In this document: piece by piece, positions 1 to 12,430 of the stretch
Position numbering within the stretch: position 1 is the stretch's first letter
Layout: each line of letters starts with the position of its first letter
Source: Glaucostegus cemiculus
Lineage: Eukaryota
Length of the DNA: 64,000 nucleotides
Assembly: GCA_976551045.1 (NCBI GenBank)
Contig: CDPCPM010000091.1
Span: 1-64,000 of the forward strand
Direction of reading: 5' to 3'
The notes under the pieces: model-generated
The model's input: the letters and a program-made list of their open reading frames with translations, nothing else
Told to the model about the DNA's origin: nothing
Databases searched by the model: none
Made by a program: the position numbers and the translations under genes

Positions 1-811
1 CTCAACACAGGTGGGAAGTTAAACAGATTCACACCACATGAAGATCCTGCATGACATTGAACTGAAGGCAGGGAGTACTTCCCCACTCATGTCAATAGCT
101 GAGTGGGTCCGAGGGAAGTGATTTTTCACTCAATTTATTTTGTGTTTAAGCCTAGTGCAGTAGTTTAAGTGTTGTTGTTTTTAATGTTTATTTTAAAAAG
201 TTAAAATTAGTTCTTTTAAAATTACTTATTGTTTGCTACTGATACTGACATTCAGTCTTTGACAGATATAGTCAAATCAGGATCATGGCTTAACTGGCTG
301 TCAGTGTTTTCTCATTTATACCTGCCCCCTTCCTTGATCCTATAATGGCTGGAAGGCTTCAAAGGATCAGGCTGACTTTCCCCCAAAATTCCTGCTGAGA
401 GGATTGCTTAAGGCAAGTTTATTTTTCCTCAAGTCAATGGATAAGCACAAATGGCTCACCACTGATTACAAAAGATAGTCTATTATGAACTGCTTAAAAG
501 ATCCAGTGGGAAAAAAAATCTCTTAATGGTGATTGTTCTCCTGACCAGCCACAGATTGCAAGTTCTCTTGTATGGTCCTACTTAATGATTAGTGTCTGAA
601 TAATACTGGATCTCTTGGCAACTCATTCAACATTCTGGATTAAAAGAAACAGCACTGTTCTGTTATAACTCATTGGTCCCCATAAACTCCATAATTCTGA
701 GCTCATCCTGGTGTCATGACCGCATTGCTTTAATGTCCTGATGCAAATTCTGGCTTTTGTTTGACTTGATCCTGATATCAGTGTCAGTTCTTTCAAATTT
801 TAACTAGTGGG

Positions 812-1062
812 ATTAGAATAGGTTTATTATTGTCACTTGTCCGAAGGTACAAAGAAAAACTTGTATTGCATAGCGTTCATACAGATCAATTCATTCCACA
901 GTGCATTGAGCTAGTACAGGGTAAAACAATACAGAATGCAGAATAAAGTGTCACAGCTACAGAGAAAGTGTGCAGTGCAGGTAGGCAAAAAGGAGCAAGG
1001 TCATAACAAAGTAGACTGAGAGGTCAAGAATCCATCTTATCGTACTAGGGAACCATTTAGTC
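812..1062 (-). mobile_element. Rex-Babar-type LINE 3' end fragment
   Basis: Plus strand reads ggtttattattgtcac...tacagagaaagtg...ccatcttatcgtactaggg, nearly identical to the copies at 10085 and 23535; the 10085 copy extends into Rex-type ORF C-terminal coding sequence. Confidence 0.75.
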
Positions 1063-1189
1063 AGTGACCACTTTTTTAAAAATAGTGCAAAATTTCTTTT
1101 TGGCACAGATACAGAATTAAGACAGAAAATCTATGGTCAGAAACAATTAGCTCTTTTTCAGTAGAGCACACTGATGATGAGGTTAGAAA

Positions 1190-2075
1190 TGCTGTGGACA
1201 GTGAGAAAGATTATCCAAGGCTACAGGAGGATATAGATCAGATGGAAAGTTGGGTGGAGCTTTGGAAAATGGAATTTAATCCTGATAAGTGCAAGGTGAT
1301 GACATATTTTAGGATGTCAAATAAGGGGCACGTATGTGCAGTAAATGGTAGAATACAAAGGAATGTTGATGAACAGAGACACCTTGGGATCCAAGTCCAT
1401 GGTTCCTTGAAAGTGGTCAACATGGTTATCAAAGGCCATTCACTTAAGAAATAATAATAACCTTGCCTCCAGCAATCTTCTTAGTAGGAATTTGGGGAAA
1501 AGTAAGTCTGAATCATAAGTCAGAAAGTAGAATCTAAGAGCTAGGACGTTATGTTGCAAACTTACAAAACATTGGTTAAACCATAGGATTGTGCGCAGTT
1601 CTGGACGCCATACTATAGAAAGGATGTAATTGCACTGGAGAGTTCAAGGGAGATTCACCAAGAGGACTACAGTTATGGGGAGAGATTAGATAGGCTGGGC
1701 TTATTTTCCCTGGAGCAAAGAAGGCCAAACGGTGACCAGATTAAAGTATATAGGACAACAAAAGACATAAAAATAGTTTTCTCATGGCAGGGCTACCAAA
1801 AACAAGAGGCCATAGGTTGAAGGTGAGAGAAAGGAGATCTGAAGGGCAACTTTTTCTTATAAAAACAAAGAGTGGTTGATATTGGGAACATGCCGTCAGA
1901 GGCGATGGTGGAATCAGATCAATTACTACATTTAATCAGCATTTAGACAGACACTGAGATAACAAAGGCATTGATGGAAATAATACTAATGCAGGCAAGA
2001 GATTAGTGTACATGGTCAAAAACGGTCAACTTCAACGTAGTGGGCAAAAAGGTCCTGTTTCTGTGCTATATGACT
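1190..2075 (+). mobile_element. CR1 LINE 3' fragment (RT C-terminus plus 3' UTR), decayed
   Basis: ORF 1194-1454 reads LQEDIDQMESWVELWKMEFNPDKCKVM, followed by a cagttctgg (QFW) block and the CR1 tail cctgtttctgtgctatatgact. Confidence 0.9.
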
Positions 2076-2576
2076 TTACCACGTGTTTATACAATGGAAC
2101 AGTGTATTTGAACTTGCACCTTAACAAGGTATTGCCTTGAAACTCTTAAATGTTCACCAACTGGTTTAATTCAGATAACAACCTATTCTCCTTCTTTATG
2201 CAACTGAATTATTTTCACTTTACTTCAACATGTTGGACATGTTCACTATTTGGGTTACTCTACGTATACACATTTATCAACAGCATTGAAGGTAACTTTT
2301 TTTTGCTATTGAGTTAGTGCAAGACATGATAATTTTAGCTCAGGTTTAACATTTCAAACACACATTCCTTACATTGGTACATCTATGAGCATTTAATTTT
2401 CATGCCACGCATTACTAAAGCATAGTCATGACCCGAACTTTTATTCATTTTGCTTGGTTTCTCATGGCCCTATCATATTTAGATCACGGAAGCGAATATA
2501 ATTGCTATGTTATTTTTAACACAGTAATTGAAAAAAAATTAAAATAATATCAATCAAGGGAATTTCAAATACTCAC

Positions 2577-2670
2577 AACTGGCACTGATCTCCCTTGATT
2601 CCTTTTGTTGTGCAGAAGCAATTTCCTTTTTGTGCATGACAAGCATTTGCATGTCCATTGCATTTGCAAG
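2577..2670 (-). CDS. ATRNL1: Attractin-like 1 internal exon (laminin EGF-like 2, first part); about exon 20 by human numbering
   Basis: Minus strand ttctcag|CT TGC AAA TGC AAT GGA CAT...CAG TGC CAG TT|gtgagt. It is 94 nt, phase 1 to 2, and encodes (P)CKCNGHANACHAQKGNCFCTTKGIKGDQCQ(L). Not in the ORF track. Confidence 0.95.
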
Positions 2671-3834
2671 CTGAGAATAAAGATAGTCTGTTAGATAACA
2701 TCCAATAAACCAGAAATTACATACATAACAGGATACTTGGGAGTTAACCCAAGTTCAGACGATGCATATGTCAGGAATGAGATCTGGATAATGAAAACTG
2801 AGACTAGATTAGATTAATTTGTAATTATTCCCAAGATCTATAATCATGAGCTTATTAAAGAAAACAGTATTCGATTGCGAAAGTACAACATGGTTTTTAA
2901 ACAAACAAACCACAGATAAAGTTTGATGTTGAACTACATCACATTCTCACCTATATTACTGTCAGAAGCGACCAGCAAAGATCAGGAATAGCTGCACAGT
3001 TGCAGGGTCCGGCATGGCTATTTCAAAGTAATGTTTGTTTACAGCCCTTCTGGATTACCCTCAAGTTTCACAGAAATGGGGCATTTTATCCAACAGCATT
3101 GCTGGTAATCCAGGAATAAGATGCACCATGCTCATAACTGACACAATTACACTCCAGTCACCCATTGTATAACTAAGAACAGTCCACACCCAGCTCAGCC
3201 ATTGGCCTTTCAGAACGGAATTTTCTCCCCGCAGCGCACCACCTCCCCTCTACCACCGCCAGCGGACTGAATGTATGATCAGACTTGCAGGAACTGCAGA
3301 TTTATCAAACTATAATCTCTCTCCTGCTCAGATGCATTCTTCTTGCATCCTGAAGTTTTTTTTACAACGTGAAATCTGCAGATTGACTACCGAGTCACTT
3401 TTACTCCTCCATACAAAACAAAGTTTATATTAATATTCCAGGTTAATTGCTGTTGCTCAGGAGGCTCAGAGTTTAGATGGCATTTGAAATTTTCCAGTTT
3501 TAGCACAAAAAAAACAGCAAGAAAAGAGTGTCTTTATTCCTCTTTGTACTTCAGATGCTACAAATTTGTGGGGACCTCAATGAGAAACATTTAGGCAATC
3601 AATGTGCAAATCCCAGTCACCAAATGGTTATTGTTCTGTGGCATTTAAAATACACTAAACACACCTTCTTCAGAAGCCACTGTGCATGTTCCAAGTTCCA
3701 GCGGCTCAAATATTCTCCAGGCTCAGGCTCTACTTTGGCTCCATATCCCTCCCCACCTCAAATTTAAAATCACATTCTTGTTTTCAAGTCTCTTCATGGT
3801 CTTTCCCCCAAGCAACCATCTATCTGTAAGGCAC

Positions 3835-4230
3835 AACTCACGAGTGTAGTGGACTTGCCCCAACAATTTCAACTCCCAAAATATTCAGGAACCTTAAAAC
3901 CACTCAGGATAAAGTAGGCTGCTTGACTGCATCCCATCCACCACCATGACCATTTATTCTCTTCCTCCAATACCACCATTATGGTTGCAGTGTGCATCAT
4001 TTACGGCTTGACTACTCTCGGCTACTGTACCTTGCAGCATCTACCACTTCACAAAAAAAAAAGCAGCAGGCAAACAACAGCGGCAGGCACATGGGAACAT
4101 CTTCAGATTCCTTGTCATATACCACCCCATCCTGGAAATATACTGATGTTCCTTCATCTAACCTAAATCCAGTATTTTCAACTCAAAAGCATTGCAAAGA
4201 TGGAATTCACACCATCTCTTCAAGTGCAAT
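3835..4230 (+). mobile_element. Old CR1/L2-clade LINE 3' region
   Basis: Motifs caggataaagtaggctgcttgact..catcccatccaccacc and gcaggcacatgggaacatc are recognised from an old elasmobranch LINE family; heavily decayed. Confidence 0.5.
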
Positions 4231-5944
4231 TTAAAAAAATTGCTCACATCTGACTTCCATAAAAGTATAGGAAACTTTCTTGTAATATATCCAGAGATGG
4301 TTATGCAGGTTACTGGCTGAGTTTAAAAAGTCATCATTAATTTCCAAATCAATCTTTCCACATTCATCTATAATCAACAACTCTTTGTTATTTATCTCAA
4401 TACTGGCTCAGGATATCAGCCTAGATTTTTTTTTCCTCAATATCTTTCCCAACCTTTATTTTGCTTTCATCCTACTATTCAAAGTTAATTTGAATTTTTG
4501 CCTTTATATTTCCCAATTTAAACTCTGGGCATCAGAGATAACGATTTAACCTGACTGGATGAATAGCCCAACTGTGTTCTTAGATATCACAGAACCCCTG
4601 AAGAGGGTGCTGCAATGGAAAATCCCAAAGGATTTCAAATCTCTGTAGGCAAACTCAAGGCCATGGGCAGTTTTCAAAGGAATGATTAATATTCCGCTGA
4701 GCGGAGACCAAAATACCGCACTTGGTTAAAATATATCATTGATACTTCACAAATAGTTTTTAATGATTCCTGCAAAATATAGTCAGTGTTACTTTTTTCT
4801 GCTAAGGTAAAATTATTCATTTAAGAGTTCATTTTGTCAAAAGGACAAGCAAATAAATGAAAAACAAACTCATTCTTTAATATTTTTTTTTAGAAAAGCA
4901 TAGCCGTTCCCAAATCATGTGCAGCCAGGAAGACAAAATCTACCCCAATTTTCAACACTATCACAATTGTACAAAGTCAGCAGACACACTGACAAGATGA
5001 ATGTCCAATAACAATTCTACCTCTACAATAACCAATAACTTCTTAGGAGTCCACCATCTGCTCCTTAACCACTCCTCCTGACATTTCCATCAAGCTGTTC
5101 ACTAACCAAGTAAAAATCTCTCCCAATTTCTGTCCTGAATTTCACTCACTCAATCTTAAATCTGCAGTTTGAAGATTAACAGCTCTAGCAAATGATGAGC
5201 TTTTATTAACTACAGATTTTTATGTGCTCAATATGAATTTGAATATGTTAATTCAATGTATTATATTGAAGAGCACTGTAAATTTAATTCTTAAAATATC
5301 TTATACAGTTTGCTCTTAATACATGGTGGTAGTGTAAATTTTTCTCCAAGATTTAATTGATGCATCTTTCAGAACGATTTGAAACAAGCATAGCAAATAT
5401 TTTCTCATCTTTGACTCAGAATACATTAAGTATCAGGCTTAAAAACACATGTCCAACATTGACACCTTAGAGTTTAAAATTTCTTCTTCTGCTGAAGCTG
5501 ACCGAGGTGCAATGTTTCAGGATTTCAAAGATACATAGGACTTAAATTTTTCCTTGCATATTTATTGTTCAATTCCACTTTTTATTTGTACTTGGCAAAA
5601 ATCAGATAATTTGTGTGATTAAAACACTTCAGTCAAAAGGTTACATCATCTTTCAGTCTCTAGAAATGAAACAACAACCCATGTGCATTGGATATACTTA
5701 TAACTAGGCCCTCCAAAGATAAATGACTTTTTTTTTTAATTACTTGCTATGCTTGCAATGCATTGGAAGTTATTTTCAACAACCTCTGGCAAATCCTTGA
5801 TGTAAAGCTGCTGTGTGCATACCAGGGTACTTGCTGAAGAGACTTTTTTCAGAAACAGTTCACTGAGGAATCCATGAATTTGATTCCATTTGGTCCCTGA
5901 TTGCTCATAAATTGTGTTTGGGCATTGCATTTTCCTTCTAAGAA

Positions 5945-6580
5945 AGCATGGCACCAATGTTAGCATTCATTTCGAGAGGACTAGAAATACAAAAGCAAGA
6001 ATGTAATGCTGAGGCTTTATAAGGTGATGGTCAGACCACATTTGGAGTATTGTGAGCAGTTTTGGGCCTCATATCTAAGGAACGATGTACTGGCATTGAA
6101 GAGCGTCCAGAGGAGGTTTATAGGAATGAAAGGATTAACATATGGGGAGTGTTTTGATGGCTCTGAGCCTGTACTAGCTGGAGTTTAGAAGGATGTGGGT
6201 GGGAGGAAGTGGAATCTCATCGTAATCTAGAGAATAGAGTGGGCGTGGAGAGAATGTTTCCAGTCGTTGGGGAGTCTAGTACCAGAGGGCACAGCCTCAG
6301 AATAGAAGGACGTCTCTTTAGAATAGAGATGAGGAGGAATTTCTTTAGCCAGAGGGAGGTGAATCCGTGGAATTCAATACCACAGACGGCTGTGGAGGCC
6401 AAGTCATTGGGTATATTTAGAGCAGAGATTAATAGGTTCTTGATTAGTAAGGGCGTCAAAAATTATGGGAAGAAGGCAGGAGAATGGGGTTGAGAAGGAA
6501 AAACAAATCAGCCATGATCAAATGGTGGAGCAGACTTGATGGGCCAAATTGGCCTAATTTAGCTCCAATGTCTTATGGTC
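5945..6580 (+). mobile_element. CR1 LINE 3' fragment
   Basis: ORFs give LYKVMVRPHLEYCEQFW and TRGHSLRIEGRLFRIEMRRNFFSQREVNPWNSIP; ends in tail tcttatggtc. Confidence 0.93.
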
Positions 6581-7540
6581 ACATAGAACATAGAAAAACC
6601 ACAGCACAATTCAGGCCCTTCAGCCCACAAAGCTGTGCCGAACATGTCCCTACACTAGAAATTACTGGGCATTCCCATAGCCCTCCATCTTACTTAGCTC
6701 CATGTACCTATCTAACAGTCTTTTGAAAGACCCTATCGTCCTCCACCACTGCTTCCGGCAACCCATTCCACGCCCTCACCACTCTCTGAGTAAAAAACTT
6801 TCCCCTGACATCTCCTCTATATTTACTCCCCAGCACCTTAAACCTATGTCCTCTTGTGGCCATCATTTCAGCCCTGGGGAAAAGCCTCTGACTATCTACC
6901 CGATCTATACCTCTCATCATCTTAGATACCTCTATCAGGTCCCCCCTCATCCTCCTCCTCTCCAAGGAGAAAAGGCCGAGTTCCCGCAACCTGCCCTCAT
7001 AAGGCATGCTCCGCATTCCAGGCAGCATCCTCGTAAACCTCCTCTGCACCCTCTCTATGGCTTCCACATCCTTCCTGTAGTGAGGCAACCAGAACTGTGC
7101 ACAATACTCCAAATGGGGTCTGACCAGGGACCTATATAACTGAAGAAATACCCCCCGGCTCCTAAATTCAATCCCACGACTGATGAAGGACAATACACCA
7201 TATGCCGCCTTAACCACAGAGTCAACCTGCGCAGCCGCCTTGAGCGTCCTATGAACTCGGACCCCAAGATCCCTCTGATCCTCCACACTGCTAAGAGTCC
7301 TACCATTAATACTATATTCCGCCAACATATTCAACCTACCAAAATGAGCCACTTCACATTTATCCGGGTTGAACTACATCTGCCACTTCTCAGCCCAACT
7401 CTGCATCCTATCTATGTCCCTCTGTAACCTCTGACAGCCCTCCAAACTATCCACAACACCCCCAACCTTCGTGTCATCCACAAACTTATTAACCCACCCC
7501 TCCACTTCCTCATCCAGGTCGTTTATAAAAATCACAAAGA
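6581..7540 (-). mobile_element. Young 5'-truncated CR1 LINE (RT C-terminal half)
   Basis: ORFs 7374-7625 and 6708-7352 share one frame split by a single TAG (FINDLDEEVEGWVNKFVDDTK...LVRPHLEYCAQFW...FFTQRVVRAWNGLP). The (TTCTATG)n-type tail is at 6581-6595. Confidence 0.95.
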
Positions 7541-8839
7541 GATAAAAATCACAAATCAGTAGATTTCTGTCCATCACATCCGTCCTGCTCCAGAAGATCA
7601 GCCTTTTTAAAAATTTTACAAGCAATGCAGATATTCTGAAGTTGATAAGTGGCTTGCCAGTAACAACAGAAGTAACATTTCTGTAGAATTTACTAGTTTA
7701 AGCTTTTCCATAATTTTTTAAATAAGTAACTCTGTACTTTATTGCACATAAACATGTACGCTTTATTTTTTAGCCAATTTTCTCCCATGCTTTCCCTCTG
7801 TTTATCTTCTAAATGTCTGGGCAACTTTCCACCTTGCAAAGATGATGTCAATAAGTTTGTCAAAAAATGTCATAACATTTTAAGCTTGATGAGCAGCAAC
7901 CTCTGGTGTGTAAGATGTCCAAAACATTTATAAGGACCTAATTCTGTACTATCCCAATACAGTCCACCACTGCATTGAATGGACCAACAATAATAACACC
8001 ATACTAAGTAATAAACTTAATGTCAACACATAAAAGACTATTCCAAAGAAACTTTCAACTTCCATTCACTCTACACACTATTAACTCTTAATTTTTGTGG
8101 GTAAATACTTTTGCTCTATTAAGGTCTGCTCATACCTAGTAGAAAATTGAAACAAACCTAAATGATAAATCCAAAATTACAGCTAGTTACCTTGAAGCCA
8201 CTCCTGCTATACTGTTTGGCACAGTGTCCCTCCAACACATGCAGGAGGCAATTAGCTGATGACAATAATTAGCACATACAAGAGTCACATGAATGTCTTT
8301 ACTACATGGACATCACCTCTCTTCTGTTCTACCATTAACCAGGTCACCATAATCAGCAGGAACTTGTTTCTTGAAAATGCAACAGCAAAATAATAAGGTG
8401 ACAGGGCTGCTGAAGAGTGCTAGCAAGGCATTAAACTCAGAGGAATTTGCATTTGAGTCCAATTACAAATGACACACATGGCAGAGCCTAATAAAAAGTT
8501 GCCCTTGGCTGAGGAAATGTTTTCATGAAATTACATTGGAAGTGAGCAATTGACTGTTGTGCATGTCTGAAGAAGGAAACCATGGCTCAACCCTTGAGAT
8601 GCCCTCTAGCGCCATAATGCAATCCACAAGATTTACAAACACCACCAAATGCAGAAGGTTATGCACAAACTTGGCAGAATACATTGAACAGGATGGACTG
8701 GAGATAAGTAGCAGCAGCTACTTTTGGAAGTCATGTCGAAAAATAGTATTTACTCTGGAAGATGCAAGAGATCATTTAATACTTTTGGTGTAAACAAAAA
8801 AAATCAATATGCTAGGTATGTTCAGCATATTTTATTAAA

Positions 8840-9115
8840 TATTTATTAGTCACATGTACATCAAAACATACAGTAAAATGTATACTGAGAATGTACTGGG
8901 GGCAGACGACAAGTGTCGCCACTCTTCCGGCACCAACATAGCATGCCCACAGCTCCTAACCCGTACGTCTTTGGAATGTGGGAGAAAACCGGAGCACCCA
9001 GAGGAAACCCACACAGACACACAGGAGGAACATATGAACTCCTTTACAGACAGCGGCAGGAATTGAACCCAGGTCGCTGGCACTGCAATAGCATTACACT
9101 AACCACTACACTAAC
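8840..9115 (-). mobile_element. tRNA-derived V-SINE (HE1/DANA-like core) with Rex-like 3' tail
   Basis: On the minus strand: A box TAGTGTAGTGG (9113-9103), B box GGGTTCAATTCC (9070-9059), V core tccggttttctcccacattccaaagacg, tail gtacatgtgactaataaa. Confidence 0.85.
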
Positions 9116-9149
9116 ATGGCATATGTGGGCAAAGAAACACTTGAGGACA

Positions 9150-9280
9150 AAAATCTTTCATTAGAAACATTGATTATTTCCGAAATATTTACACTACTTC
9201 CCACTCCAGAGGTGCTGACCATTTCCAGCATTTGCTTGCTTTGTTTGACATCTCCAGCATCAACAGTATTTTGCTTTTGT
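9150..9280 (+). mobile_element. Decayed Penelope-like terminal fragment
   Basis: tgctgaccatttccagcattt...tctccagcatc resembles the copies at 55328 and 56045. Confidence 0.4.
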
Positions 9281-10084
9281 GTAACAGGTCCAATGTGTGC
9301 AACTTTTTCCATCTTCTCAGCTCATTGCTTAAAAATGTAGGTTGTGTATTATACCAAATGGAATTATAAATTCAAAATATTAAAGTCAATTTCAATGCCA
9401 TAAAACCAGATCAGTAGGTTATGAAGGGCCACCAATAATCTCTACAGAATCCTTATTCTCCTTTAATAGTACAAGTCCTTGGGACATCATCAGGAGTGCG
9501 AAGTAGATCTTATATCAATTATCATCATGCCTTACAATCCAAAGACAGTAACTGTGATCATGATTGTTTTTTATTTGAAAATATTTTAAGAACTTTTCTC
9601 TCATGCACAAAACACTATGGTAATCTCTTTGGTCCTTTGAGTACAAAATAATGATAGAGGAACATGTACTTTGGCAAAGTGCCATAATGTCATTAAACAA
9701 ACATAAGGAAAGAAAGAAATGACACTATTAGTTTCCAACTTAATTCAAGCATGAATAAACATCTATTAAGACCCACAGAGGTAAGGCATACACAAATCAT
9801 ACTCATAATTATGAAGTGGATACATTACTGGAGTCAATTCAAAAACACCCAACTTCAAAATCTGGCTCTTTGCAACCTTTCAAACAAGTCACTGAGAGCC
9901 AGACGATCACTTGGTGTCTTCAATTTTGTTTCTGAGTTCCCAATGGGTTAAAGGAGAAACAACAAATATTAAAATTGTCTGGGGAAAAAAATCAAGATTC
10001 TCTTTCATCATCAATAAAAATGTCAGTTAATTAATTTCAAAAAAAGCATTTGTCAACTTTTAAGACACCAAGATTAATCCTCAA

Positions 10085-10500
10085 TGGTAAATCGGTTTAT
10101 TATTGTCACATGTACTGAGGTACAGTGAAAAACTTGCCTCGCATATCATCCATACAGATCATTTCATTACAGCAGTGCCCTGAGATAGTACAAAGGTAAA
10201 ACAATAACTAGATGCAGAATAAAATGTTACAGTTACAGAGAAAGTGCAGTGCAGGTAGACAATAAGGTGCAAAATAATAACAAGGTAGATTATGAAGTCA
10301 AGAGTCCATCTTATCGTACTAGGGGACCATTCAGTAGTCTTATAACAGCAGGATAGAAGCTGTCCTTGAGCCTGGTGGTGCATATTTCCAGGCTTTTGTA
10401 TCCTTTGCCCAAAGGAAGCTGAGAAGAAGAGAGAATGTCCGGGGTGTTTGGGGTCTTTGGGGTCTTTGATTACGTTGGCCATTTTACCAAGACAACAGGA
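10085..10500 (-). mobile_element. Rex-Babar-type LINE 3' end
   Basis: ORF 10159-10482 begins ANVIKDP..HPGHSLF (Rex C-terminal motif); the 3' UTR ends catgtgacaataataaacc. Confidence 0.85.
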
Positions 10501-12009
10501 ACTTCATTCCCCCCAATGCTTAAATATTAGCCACCATTATATTCCCAATATTTTCCACTGTTTTCCTAAGACTAGCCATGAAGGTTTTCAAGAGTAAAGA
10601 TTACTGTTATCCTTGCTCAGTGCAGAGACAAACTCAGTTTGAACCAAGGTTTGTCTCCTTTATGAATGACATTGTCCACACTTCTCTCATGACAGATTAT
10701 TGTTGCTGGATGAAGTCTTGCATTCTTAGTGATATGTTTTTAAAAATGTTGATCAAGGAAATCTTAAATATTTATTTCTTGCGCAATTCAAAATACCTTC
10801 AATGATTTATGGAAGGTTGCAGGCATTTAAACTTCTTCAGTACTCCCTCAGGTTAAAGGATCACTTGCTTCTGCTCTAGTTTCTAGGTGTCTAACAAGTC
10901 CAAGATGGGAACTGCAGATTTCCACAGATGGAGCAAGACTATTAAAATGTATCATTGCTAACTACCAACAAATCAGCGTCTTGATTAGTTGAAAAAACGC
11001 AGTTAAACATCCACCATCGTGAACAATTACCACATAAACAGTCCCATGTTCAACTTATGTTTCTACAGTTTTAATTCTTCATTGCTTTAAAGAATCTTTG
11101 TAAGGTCACCCTGCTTATAATGTAACCCCTTCTTACCCAATGTTCTGTCCAGGCCATTTACTGTTGCCTGATATTGACTTGAGGTCTGTTTCAATGCTGC
11201 AATTCAGATTAATGGACGATACAAACAGATGGCCTGCAGTGTACCAGCTGCTGTGATTCATGTAGAACTGCCAAAATTGCATCCCTGAGCAATTCTGAGG
11301 CCAGTTTAATTATGTTTCCTCTCTGAGAAACAATATTTCCCATTTGTCTCACGTATTTAGCAAAGTAAACTAAACACCGAGTGCAATTCGGACAGTTAGG
11401 GATCCAAGACCTTTACAGTTACAGAGCTAAATGACTTTAGTGGAGAATAAAAGAAGGAAGTGTGACCCAGGTTGACCAAAAGGTCAAGGTGTATAGAAAA
11501 AATGGACGTAACGGACTACAATTGAAAATGGAATTTAAAACCTGAGTACATCTACAGATCAAGAGAAATATTTCAATGCCGTGTTTTCTTTCATCCTTTG
11601 CACTCAGCTTCAAGTATTTGTATACAGTATTCAACGGCAAGAATTGGCAAATTAAAACAGAGCCCAGTAACCTGCTGTTGTTGATAGCTGAAATCGATAA
11701 TTCCTTCAAAGACAAGCTGGTAATATTTAGCCCAGAACAGGAGTTGAGATTCAGTGACTTAATTGTCCATTATTGTGATTTGAAGGGCGGAGTAGGGGAG
11801 AAGTTATCTGTGGATGTCATTAAGCTGGCCTTAATAGAAATAAGCAATGGGGTGGTGAGTGTTTCAGCATTTTACAGCCATGGAGTGTTTTTTATTAAGT
11901 ATTACTGAAGAAGCTTAAATGTTTAAACTATACCTGACTCATGGCCACTGGGCTTAAAAGACAAACAGATTATGCTTGATGCTTATATACTTGGAGCAAA
12001 TGCTTTGTT

Positions 12010-12430
12010 GCATTGGTACATATTGTCACATTTATCAAGATACAGTGAAAAGCTTTTGTTTTGTGATCCATCCAGACAGATCATGCCATACATTGAGCTA
12101 TTAAAAAGAAAACAGAATACAGAATATAGTGTTGCAGTTCTAGAGAAAGTGCAGTTCAGGAAGACAAATGGAAGGGCTACGAGAAGGTAGATTGGGAGTT
12201 CAAGAGTTCATCTTTTAAGTATAAGAGAGATCCGTTCAAGAGTCGAGTAACAGTGGAAAAGAAGCTGTCCTTGAGTCTGGTGGTGCATGCTCTCAGGTTT
12301 TTGTATCTTCTGCCCAACAGGAGAAGAGAGAATGACCAGGACAGAAGGGATCTTTGATTACGTTAGCCTCTTTTCCAAGGCAGCGAGAAGTGTAGTCAGA
12401 GTCAATGAAGGAGACGTTGGTTGATGAAAC
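12010..12430 (-). mobile_element. Rex-Babar-type LINE 3' end
   Basis: ORF 12293-12499 contains YTSRCLGKEANVIKDPFCPGHSLFS; the 3' UTR is colinear with the 10085 copy. Confidence 0.85.

Noticed and set aside
1-430. Possible old DNA-transposon/MITE relic (similar texture near 38250-38600, 40170-40920 and 52940-53500)
   Set aside because: I could not identify terminal inverted repeats or TSDs by eye.
1167-1196. Hammerhead-like string caca-CTGATGA-tgaggtta-GAAA-tgc-tgtg
   Set aside because: There is no viable stem II and no UH cleavage site, and it sits at a CR1 5' junction, so it is probably chance.
6702-7139. 145-aa His/Pro-rich plus-strand ORF
   Set aside because: It is the antisense shadow of the minus-strand CR1 RT.
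9059-9113. tRNA-like A/B boxes
   Set aside because: They form the head of a SINE, not a cloverleaf tRNA gene.
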